The translations under genes and the position numbers were made by a program. Positions 5,873 to 13,545 of a stretch of 64,000 nt of DNA are shown here, piece by piece (positions within the stretch are counted from its first letter, which is position 1; each line of letters begins with the position of its first letter). Source of the stretch: Betaproteobacteria bacterium (GTDB lineage Bacteria > Pseudomonadota > Gammaproteobacteria > Burkholderiales > SHXO01); contig JANXRW010000053.1 in the NCBI GenBank assembly GCA_025356655.1, positions 5,518 through 69,517 on the forward strand, in the 5' to 3' direction. Below the pieces are notes generated by a model. It was not told where the DNA came from. It made no database searches and was given only the letters and a program-made list of their open reading frames with translations.

Positions 5873-7642
5873 GTGGGAGCTATCCATCAGTCGCCCGCGC
5901 CAAGCGACGGCGTGCAGCGCATCCCGGCATTTCTGCCCTACGCTGAGGGCGGGGCCCTCTTCACTTGGTATCACGCCGACGCGTCTGCTATAGCGCGCGA
6001 TTGCGTGGCCGTGCTCTGCCCGCCAATCGGCTTCGAGTACGCCCACAGCCATCGCTCGGTGCGCCATCTGGCCGATCGTCTGGCTCGCTGCGGCATCCCC
6101 GCGCTACGCCTGGACTACCGCGGTACGGGTGACGCCTCAGGAACCGACTTGGATCTCGACCGGATGTCTGCCTGGAAGGAGGACATCCGCACGGCGCAGG
6201 ATTACGCCAAGCGATGCAGCGGCAGGAGCAAGGTGTGCCTGATCGGCATCCGCCTGGGTGCCAGCCTAGCCGCCCTAGTCGCCAGCGAGGTGCAGGTGGA
6301 CCTGCTCGTGCTTTGGCATCCCGTGGTGAACGGTCGCCGGTACCTGCGCGAGATGCAAGCGGTGGCCCGCACCGCGAGCCAGGTCTCCGAGGCGGATGCG
6401 GCGCTGGAGAGTGGCGGATTCGTCCTCTCGGCACAGACCCAGGCAGGGATCAGCGAGATTAACCTGCTCGAGGAGCGCTTCCTCGTGAAGAGCCGCACGC
6501 TGGTGCTGGACCGCGAGGATCTCTCGCAGGACCCCGCGCTGCCGCAGCACCTCGCGCATCTCGCCCTCCCGCACGACCAGGTGGCCGTGCCCGGGTTTCT
6601 TGGCATGATGGCCGAGGCGCAGTTCACCGTCGTGCCCCAAGCGGCGCTGGAGGTAATCTGCGCTTGGGCGTGCACCCACAGCGCGGCGGCCGCGCCACCG
6701 GCCGCCGCGCTGATCACGGATGGCCATGCCCTGCATCCGGGCGCCGTGCTCGCAGCACCGGCCTTCGAGGAGCAGGCCCTGCGCTTTGGTCCGCAGCAGT
6801 CTCTCGTCGGCATCCTGACCCGGCCGCGTTCGCAAAGCAAGCGCCCCGTCATCGTGATGTTCAACGCGGGTGCCGTCCACCATGTGGGTCCGAACCGGAT
6901 CTACGTGTCTCTGGCCAGGGCCCTGGCGGCCTTGGGCTACGCATGCCTGCGCTTCGACCTCGCGGGACTGGGTGATAGCATTCCGGCCAACGGCTCCCCG
7001 GAAAACCACCCCTATCCGGATGCGGCAAGCGCCAATGCGGCAATGGCTTTGCAGGCCCTCAAAGCGTCGCATGGCTACGAGCGGTTCGTCATGTTGGGCC
7101 TGTGCTCTGGCGCCCACACGGGTTTCCACGCGGCAGTGGAGACGACTGGGTTTCCCATCTCGGAGCTCATCCTCATCAACCCGCTCACCTTCCGCTGGGT
7201 GGAAGGGATGAGCCTCGCGACCACCCGGCAGTTCCAGGACGTTGCCTATTACAAGCAATCCGCGCGCAGTGCGGCAAGTTGGATCAAGCTCCTGCGCGGT
7301 CGGGTGCATCCCGCCAAGCCCCTGAAGGCGCTGCACTCCCTTATTTCGAGAAACCTGAAATCCAGCTACGCGTACTGCCGCGACAGGCTGATTCCGGGTG
7401 CTGGATCTCCCGTCACCCGGCACCTTCGCCGACTCGCGGACATGCAAATATTGGTCACCCTGATCGTGTCGGAAGGGGACCCGGGACTCGATATCCTCAA
7501 GGCACAGGCGAGGTACGCGGTGGCTCGCGGGCTCAAGACCGGAACGCTCAGGTACCGACCCATCGCCGGCGCAGACCACACCTTCACGAAGGCGCAGTCG
7601 AGGGACGCGCTCGTCGCGTGCCTGAACCAACTACTGGCCTGA
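5873..7642 (+). CDS. Two-domain (tandem) alpha/beta-hydrolase-fold protein
   Basis: The 589-aa ORF starts at GTG 5873, 9 nt after the GH2 stop, with AGGAAG about 12 nt upstream. Two halves have the same architecture. The first has LRLDYRGTGDASG followed by the elbow GIRLG (Arg127 at the nucleophile position). The second has LRFDLAGLGDSIP followed by the elbow GLCSG (Cys411), plus GADHTF near the C-terminus. Confidence 0.75.
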   Translation: MGAIHQSPAPSDGVQRIPAFLPYAEGGALFTWYHADASAIARDCVAVLCPPIGFEYAHSHRSVRHLADRLARCGIPALRLDYRGTGDASGTDLDLDRMSAWKEDIRTAQDYAKRCSGRSKVCLIGIRLGASLAALVASEVQVDLLVLWHPVVNGRRYLREMQAVARTASQVSEADAALESGGFVLSAQTQAGISEINLLEERFLVKSRTLVLDREDLSQDPALPQHLAHLALPHDQVAVPGFLGMMAEAQFTVVPQAALEVICAWACTHSAAAAPPAAALITDGHALHPGAVLAAPAFEEQALRFGPQQSLVGILTRPRSQSKRPVIVMFNAGAVHHVGPNRIYVSLARALAALGYACLRFDLAGLGDSIPANGSPENHPYPDAASANAAMALQALKASHGYERFVMLGLCSGAHTGFHAAVETTGFPISELILINPLTFRWVEGMSLATTRQFQDVAYYKQSARSAASWIKLLRGRVHPAKPLKALHSLISRNLKSSYAYCRDRLIPGAGSPVTRHLRRLADMQILVTLIVSEGDPGLDILKAQARYAVARGLKTGTLRYRPIAGADHTFTKAQSRDALVACLNQLLA

Positions 7643-7706
7643 CCACCGGGCAGTCGGACGCGCAACCGGTGCATGGTCCAACGGGAACGGAGCCCAAGTT
7701 CAGATC

Positions 7707-7779
7707 CTGGTGAGGCGCACCGCCAGGTCGTGATTTTACATTCCTGTCGACCAACGTCGTAGATGACCTGCCTCACCAG
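7707..7779. other. Long-range inverted repeat / hairpin between the hydrolase gene and hflX
   Basis: CTGGTGAGGC (7707-7716) pairs with GCCTCACCAG (7770-7779). An inner AGGTC/GACCT pair lies after an 8-nt bulge, and the loop is AT-richer. Function is unknown. Confidence 0.4.
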
Positions 7780-7970
7780 CACAGTCCAGGCCCCTGCGTG
7801 CATCCGCGGGAGGACTCTGGTGCGGCTCCCGCTCGCCGGCCTTGACCCGGCCGGCGCCGTCCCTGCCACCGACGCACCGTCTCGCACCCGGGCCCCGGCG
7901 GGGATGCTCGGCTCCTTCACCAATGCGGGGTACCATCCGTGCCTGTCTCAGGGAAGGGAACCATCGCCCC

Positions 7971-9326
7971 ATGCAAAATGAACTCGCGCCCGAAGCCAAC
8001 CGCGCTCTTGTCGCCGCCGTCCAACTACCGACCGTGAGCGACGCGGAGTTCGAGGTGTCGCTTACCGAACTGCGCGAACTAGCCCAAACCCTGGGCTTCC
8101 AGGTGGTCGCCACCTTCACCCAGAAGCGCGCGAGTTTCGACGCGGCGGCCTACCTCGGTGCCGGCAAGCGTGAGGAGCTCCGCCGTTTCGTGCAGGGCGA
8201 GACCACCGGGGCCCAGGAGGGCCCCGGCCCCGCATCCCCGGACGCCCCCGTCGGCGCCGACATCGTTCTGGTGGACCATGAGATCTCGCCTTCCCAGGCA
8301 CGCATCCTGGAAAACGAGGTGGGGTGCGAAGTGATGGACCGGACGATGGTGATCCTGGAGATATTCCACCGCCATGCCAAATCGCGCGGCGCCCGCGCCC
8401 AGATCGAGATTGCTCGCCTGCGCTACCTCGCCCCACGCATCCGCGAAGCCGCAAAGCTGGCCGGACCGCAGGGCCGGCAGCGAAGCGGCGTGGGCGGTCG
8501 CGGCGCCGGCGAGTCCCATGGCGAACTGGATCGGCGCAAGATCCGGGACCGGATTGCCGAACTGCAGCAGGAGATCAACGCGATGGACCTGGAGCGGCGC
8601 ACCCAACGATCGCGCCGGCAAGGACGCCAGGGGCTCTCGCGCGTTTCGCTCGTGGGCTACACGAATGCCGGCAAGTCCACCCTGATGCGCGCACTCACCG
8701 GCAGCGAGGTGCTGGTCGCCAACAAGCTCTTCGCCACCCTGGACACCACCGTGCGCGCACTCGAGCCCGAGAGCGTCCCCAGAGTGCTGGTGAGCGACAC
8801 CGTAGGATTCATCAAGAACCTCCCCCACGACCTGGTTGCGTCCTTCAAGTCCACCCTCGAGGAGGCCGCGGAGGCCTCCCTGCTCCTGCACATCATCGAC
8901 GCAGCCGATCCGGGGTTCGAGCGCCAGGTCCAGGTCACCCGTGACGTACTCGAGGAGATCGGCGCCAAGGACCTGCCCCGCCTCATGGTCTTCAACAAGA
9001 TCGACGGCGTTGGAGACCCCGCCCTGCAGGAGAGCCGCTCGACCGAACTGCGCGCGCGCTACCCCGGGAGCTTGGTGATCAGCGCCCGCCGACCCGAGGA
9101 CATCGACCAGGTGCGGGAGCACCTGCTGGACTTCTTCCGTGGCGGGCTGGAAGAGGCGGAACTCTTCCTTCCCTGGTCAGCACAGCAATTGCGCGGCCAG
9201 ATCTTCGCCAACTGCGACGTGCAGGGCGAGCAAACCGAGGACGCTGGCACCCGGTTCCGGCTTCGCGCTGCGGCCGAGACCTTGCGCGCGCTGCGCGAGC
9301 AGTTGGAGTCGGCGGTGTCCGACTAG
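7971..9326 (+). CDS. hflX: GTPase HflX
   Basis: ORF 7842..9326 was trimmed to the ATG at 7971 (MQNELAPEANRALVAAVQLP), preceded by GGGAAGGGA. It has an HflX N-terminal domain and a G domain (LVGYTNAGKSTLMRALTG, DTVGFI, NKID). Confidence 0.9.
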   Translation: MQNELAPEANRALVAAVQLPTVSDAEFEVSLTELRELAQTLGFQVVATFTQKRASFDAAAYLGAGKREELRRFVQGETTGAQEGPGPASPDAPVGADIVLVDHEISPSQARILENEVGCEVMDRTMVILEIFHRHAKSRGARAQIEIARLRYLAPRIREAAKLAGPQGRQRSGVGGRGAGESHGELDRRKIRDRIAELQQEINAMDLERRTQRSRRQGRQGLSRVSLVGYTNAGKSTLMRALTGSEVLVANKLFATLDTTVRALEPESVPRVLVSDTVGFIKNLPHDLVASFKSTLEEAAEASLLLHIIDAADPGFERQVQVTRDVLEEIGAKDLPRLMVFNKIDGVGDPALQESRSTELRARYPGSLVISARRPEDIDQVREHLLDFFRGGLEEAELFLPWSAQQLRGQIFANCDVQGEQTEDAGTRFRLRAAAETLRALREQLESAVSD

Positions 9327-9781
9327 CAGGCGGGGTCCCACACCGAGCTGCAGGGGATCAGCCGCGAAAGCGGGTCTGCGGCCCACCGACGAGTCCCGTG
9401 TAACAGCCTCCCACGAGGCCCTCAGCTTCGAAGGACCTGTCGGTCGCCGTCGTGCCTATCGGCCCTCATCCTCCCGGCTGCGCGAGGCTCGGGCATGCGC
9501 TCCCGATGCCAGAGCGCTCGAGTACGGCCGAACCCACCCCAAGGGCGCGTTACCGAGAAAGCGGCCAATGATGATCTAGGCTGGTGCGTTTTCGCCGGGC
9601 TTGGGTCGCGGCGCCGAAGCTCGATGGTCAAACGCAGGCGCATTGCCGGGTAGGCGTGTGCGTCGCGCAGCAGCCCGGCGGCGCGCCGCCGTGAAACGCG
9701 GCTCAACCCGGGCGAGAATCACCGCCCCTGGCGGTGCGTGGTAGGATCAGGTCCCCCGCGGGTGACACTTCCGGAGATTGC

Positions 9782-10804
9782 ATGAACCTTCCCCTCACCA
9801 TGCGCGCCGTCGAGGCCAGCGCGTTTTCCATTGACGCCCTGCGCCTCGTGGAGCGCAGCGTTCCCCTGCCCCGTCGCGGCGAAATTCTTCTGCGCGTTCG
9901 CGCCGCCAGCCTCAATTACCGTGATTTGGCGATCCTAGCCGAGGCTTACATGCCGAGCCTTCCGCTGCCCTATGTGCCGGCATCCGACGCCTGCGGCGAG
10001 GTGGTCGCGCTGGGCGAGGAGGTCACCCGCTTCCAGCTAGGCGACCGGGTGATCCCCGTGTACACCCAGGGATGGCACGACGGCATGCCCACACTGGAAT
10101 TGCGCACGCAGCGTACCCTGGGCGGTCCCTTAGATGGCGTGCTGCAGGAGTTCCTCCGCGTGCCGGCGCAGGACGCAGTCGCCGCACCTGCCGGGCTCAG
10201 CGCCGTCGAGGCGGCGACCCTGCCCATTGCGGCCGTCACGGCCTGGTCGACGCTGCAGGAAGGCGGTGTCAAACCCGGCGACACGGTGCTCGTACAGGGC
10301 ACCGGTGGCGTGGCCCTCTTTGCGCTGCAGTTCGCCAAAGCCGCAGGAGCGCGAGTGGTACTGCTGTCGTCCTCGGACGCCAAGCTCGAACGTGGCCGCG
10401 CGCTAGGGGCCGACACCCTCATCAACTATCGCAGCCACCCGCAGTGGGCACCCCTGGTCCGGGAAGCCACAGGCGGACGCGGCGTGGAGATCGTGGTCGA
10501 AACCACTGGCAGCACCCTGGCCCAATCCATCGCCGCCACCACCTTCGGCGGCTTCGTGGGCGTGGTAGGCTTCCTGGCCGGCTATGAGGCCACTATCCCG
10601 CTGCGCTCGCTCATCGGTCCCATGGTCCGGGTGCAAGGCATCGCCGTGGGCTCGCGTTCTCGCTTCGAGGCGGCGATGCGTGCCATGCGCACCCACGGGA
10701 TAAAGCCCGTCATCGACAGCACCTTCCCGCTGGAGGAGACCGCCAAAGCCTTCGCGCACATGCGCCAGGGCGCTCACTTCGGAAAGATCGCGATCAGTCT
10801 CTAA
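9782..10804 (+). CDS. Zinc-binding alcohol dehydrogenase / NADPH:quinone oxidoreductase family protein
   Basis: ORF 9734..10804 was trimmed to the ATG at 9782 (MNLPLTMRAVEA...). MDR-family pattern: LLRVRAASLNYRDL, ASDACGEVVALGEEV, VLVQGTGGVALFALQFAKAAGARV. Confidence 0.85.
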   Translation: MNLPLTMRAVEASAFSIDALRLVERSVPLPRRGEILLRVRAASLNYRDLAILAEAYMPSLPLPYVPASDACGEVVALGEEVTRFQLGDRVIPVYTQGWHDGMPTLELRTQRTLGGPLDGVLQEFLRVPAQDAVAAPAGLSAVEAATLPIAAVTAWSTLQEGGVKPGDTVLVQGTGGVALFALQFAKAAGARVVLLSSSDAKLERGRALGADTLINYRSHPQWAPLVREATGGRGVEIVVETTGSTLAQSIAATTFGGFVGVVGFLAGYEATIPLRSLIGPMVRVQGIAVGSRSRFEAAMRAMRTHGIKPVIDSTFPLEETAKAFAHMRQGAHFGKIAISL

Positions 10805-10840
10805 GTAGTGGGCGGGCTCGGGGAGCAGGCCCGCCCCGGC

Positions 10841-11662
10841 TCAGACGCCCATCAGCGCAGCGAAGGCCGTAAACGACGGCGCAGTTACGTCCACGGGTAC
10901 CGTCGGCCCGGCCTCGCCGGTGTTGGGCCCGAATTCGTTCAGGCTCGCCACGTGACCCGTGCGCAGCCCCACGTCGCCAGCGGCCTTAAGGTCATTGCTG
11001 TGGGCGGCCACCATCATGCATTGCGCGGGCGACAGCCCAAGGGCTTCTGCCGCAGCCAGATATACCCGGGGCTTAGGTTTGTAATCGCCGGCGATTTCGG
11101 CACCAAGGATCGCATCCCAATGGAAATCATTACGCCGAGCAAGATCGGCCATGAGTGCGATATTGCCATTGGACACCGGCGCAAGGTAGAAGCGCTTGCG
11201 CAGGCGACGCAGGCTGTGCGGCACGTCGATCCAAGCGTCCAGGCGGTGCCAGGCCAAGTTGAGGTCACGCAACGTGGCCTCCTCCAGATCCATCAGCCCG
11301 AACCGCGGCCGGATCCGGTCCAGCATTCGGCGGTGCACGACGTCGAGCCGGGCGAAGGGTTGCCGTCCCGCACGAATCTCTTCCATGCCGGGTTGGTATT
11401 CCGCGCGCCAGGCATCGGCGAAGGCGATCCAATCCAAGGTGATGCCTTTCGGTTCCAGGATCGAGCGCGCCTCGCGAGCGACGCCGGTACGCCAATCCAC
11501 GAGCGTACCGAAGACGTCGAAGAACAGCGCCTTGACGCCCTCGGCGCCCTTCGCGGTCGCCCCCTGGGCGAGGGCTTCGGTGGCACCGAGCCCGGTCAGC
11601 ACGCCGGCGGCGCTCATGGCAGCGAAGCCGCGCAGCAGGACGCGACGGGATGGGTTTTGCAT
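10841..11662 (-). CDS. Haloacid dehalogenase type II-like hydrolase with twin-arginine signal peptide
   Basis: ORF 10841..11734 was trimmed to the ATG at 11662 (MQNPSRRVLLRGFAAMSAAGVLTGLGATEALAQ), with AGGAG upstream. It carries HAD motif I (ALFFDVFGTLVDW) and a C-terminal AHSNDLKAA. Confidence 0.8.
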   Translation of the reverse strand: MQNPSRRVLLRGFAAMSAAGVLTGLGATEALAQGATAKGAEGVKALFFDVFGTLVDWRTGVAREARSILEPKGITLDWIAFADAWRAEYQPGMEEIRAGRQPFARLDVVHRRMLDRIRPRFGLMDLEEATLRDLNLAWHRLDAWIDVPHSLRRLRKRFYLAPVSNGNIALMADLARRNDFHWDAILGAEIAGDYKPKPRVYLAAAEALGLSPAQCMMVAAHSNDLKAAGDVGLRTGHVASLNEFGPNTGEAGPTVPVDVTAPSFTAFAALMGV

Positions 11663-11746
11663 GTTGCTGACTCCTGATTGAGGTAGGGGAACTGGCGGTG
11701 GCCGAGGCGTTGCGGGACGCCAGCGGCCAAGCACCCGAGTCGGGTT

Positions 11747-12391
11747 TCATCCATGGGTGAGAATGCCTCCCACGGCCTGCGCCAGGGCCTTGCCCAGGCG
11801 CAGGTGTTGGTCGGCGTCCAGGTGCACGCCGTCCACACCGCTCGCGGGGGTCACACTCCCCGCGTCGAAGTAGTGACATCCAGTGTTCTTCGCCACCGCC
11901 TCCAAGGCCTGCGCGAGCCCCACGCACTTGTGCTCTGCCCCCGCGAACTTTGGCGCGATGGGGCCCTTCGGGGTCGTGAAAGGTGGAGGGGCGATGATGA
12001 GGATAGGGGGTACCGGCATGCCGGGTTCGATCGGGGCCTTGCGGATGCAATCCACCAGCGCGGCCACGCCCTGCGCACTCTGCCAAGCGTTGTGTGGGTG
12101 CATGGACTGGAAGTCGTTGGTACCCAACATTAGCAGCACCAGGGCCAGAGGCGAATGGATCTCGATACGCTGAGCAAGCCCTTGCATGCCACTACGCCCC
12201 GCCTTGTAGGGGTCGTCCCAGACCGTACGCCGCCCGTTGAGGCAATCTTCGATCACTCGGGAGCGGCGGCCCCCGGCCGCCAATTCATTTTCTAGGACGC
12301 CGGGCCAGCGCTGATCAAAATCAAGGCGCCGGCGCGTATCCGGGATGATTCCCCAGGACAGGGAATCACTGTAAACAAGAAGGTGCTCCAT
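11747..12391 (-). CDS. SGNH/GDSL-family hydrolase (arylesterase/lipase-like)
   Basis: 214 aa. It has an N-terminal block I (LLVYSDSLSWG), then MLGTNDF, and a C-terminal DGVHLD. Confidence 0.8.
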   Translation of the reverse strand: MEHLLVYSDSLSWGIIPDTRRRLDFDQRWPGVLENELAAGGRRSRVIEDCLNGRRTVWDDPYKAGRSGMQGLAQRIEIHSPLALVLLMLGTNDFQSMHPHNAWQSAQGVAALVDCIRKAPIEPGMPVPPILIIAPPPFTTPKGPIAPKFAGAEHKCVGLAQALEAVAKNTGCHYFDAGSVTPASGVDGVHLDADQHLRLGKALAQAVGGILTHG

Positions 12392-12468
12392 TTAGATCTC
12401 CCGCGCGGATCAAGGCGCGAATTCTCTCAGATTCCAGGCGCCCGCATGAGGCGCCCGACGCGGCAGCC

Positions 12469-13479
12469 TCAGCCCAGGGGGCCGGAATACTTCTCGAGCA
12501 GGGCCCAGGCCTCGGGGCCATAGTTCTCCTTCCATTGCTTGTAATAGCCCGAGCGGCTGAGTTGTGCGCGAAAAGCTGCCGCATCGGTAGTATTGAAGAC
12601 CATACCATGCTTGCGCAGTTTGTCCTCGACGGTCTGACTGAGTTTCACTAGGTCCTCGCGCTCGCGCACCGCGGCGGCGTTGATGTGACGCGCCAATATT
12701 TCCTGCAAGGCGGGCGGCAGTTTGGCCCAGACCTTGCCGTTGACCAGGGTGAAGAAGCCGTCCCACATGTGGTTGGTGAAAGAGCAGTATTTCTGCACCT
12801 CGTAGAGCTTGGCTAGGTCGATCAACGGCAGCGCGTTCTCCTGCCCGTCGACGATTTTTGTCTGCAGGGCCGAGTAGGCCTCGCTAAAGTTGATGCTTGT
12901 CGGAGCGGCGCCCAGGGCCTTGAACAGCGACACCCACTGCGGGCTCACCGGCACACGCATCTTGAAGCCCTTGAGGTCATCGGGCCCGGTGATGGGGTGA
13001 GTACCGCTCGTCATCTGACGAAATCCGTTGTCCCACATCCGATCCAAGGCATGCATGCCGGCCTTCGCGATCACCCCTCGCAGGTAGGCACCCATTTCCC
13101 CGTCGAGCGCGCTCCAGACCTGCTTGTAGGACGCGAATGCAAAACCCACGCCGAAGAGCGAGGTGGGTTTAGTAAGCGTGGACAGGATGTTCCCCGAGAG
13201 GCTCATCATCTCCAGAGAACCGCTGCGCAGTTGGGACAGCATGTCAGTGTCGCCACCGAGTTGGTTGTTAGGAAAAACCCTCAACTCCAAGCGACCGCCC
13301 GACTCTTCCAGGATCTTCGGTGCTACTTCCGCGAGCCGCAGGTTCAGCGGATGGGTGGCCGGCACGTCGTTGCCAAACTTGACGACGAATTCCGCCGCCT
13401 GCGCATAGCGCCCGGTGACCGTGAGGCTTCCTGCCACCGCCACCGTTGCGGCCACGAAGCCGCGCCTATTGATTGTCAT
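12469..13479 (-). CDS. TRAP transporter substrate-binding protein (DctP family)
   Basis: 336 aa. It has a Tat-like signal (MTINRRGFVAATVAVAGSL) and DctP-type segments (FPNNQLGGDTDMLSQLRSGSLEM, LKGFKMRVP, ALQTKIVDGQEN). Confidence 0.9.
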   Translation of the reverse strand: MTINRRGFVAATVAVAGSLTVTGRYAQAAEFVVKFGNDVPATHPLNLRLAEVAPKILEESGGRLELRVFPNNQLGGDTDMLSQLRSGSLEMMSLSGNILSTLTKPTSLFGVGFAFASYKQVWSALDGEMGAYLRGVIAKAGMHALDRMWDNGFRQMTSGTHPITGPDDLKGFKMRVPVSPQWVSLFKALGAAPTSINFSEAYSALQTKIVDGQENALPLIDLAKLYEVQKYCSFTNHMWDGFFTLVNGKVWAKLPPALQEILARHINAAAVREREDLVKLSQTVEDKLRKHGMVFNTTDAAAFRAQLSRSGYYKQWKENYGPEAWALLEKYSGPLG

Positions 13480-13545
13480 TTACCTTCCTCCCTCTTGAAG
13501 TTCTGGTTCGTCCCGGCATGAGTCCGGTTTTGGTTTGGGGTCGTT

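Noticed and set aside
6275-7630. A 451-aa ORF antisense to the tandem hydrolase gene.
   Set aside because: This is a typical GC-rich shadow ORF. Its translation is Arg/Gly/Ala/Pro-rich with no family signature, and it lies opposite a gene with clear domain motifs.
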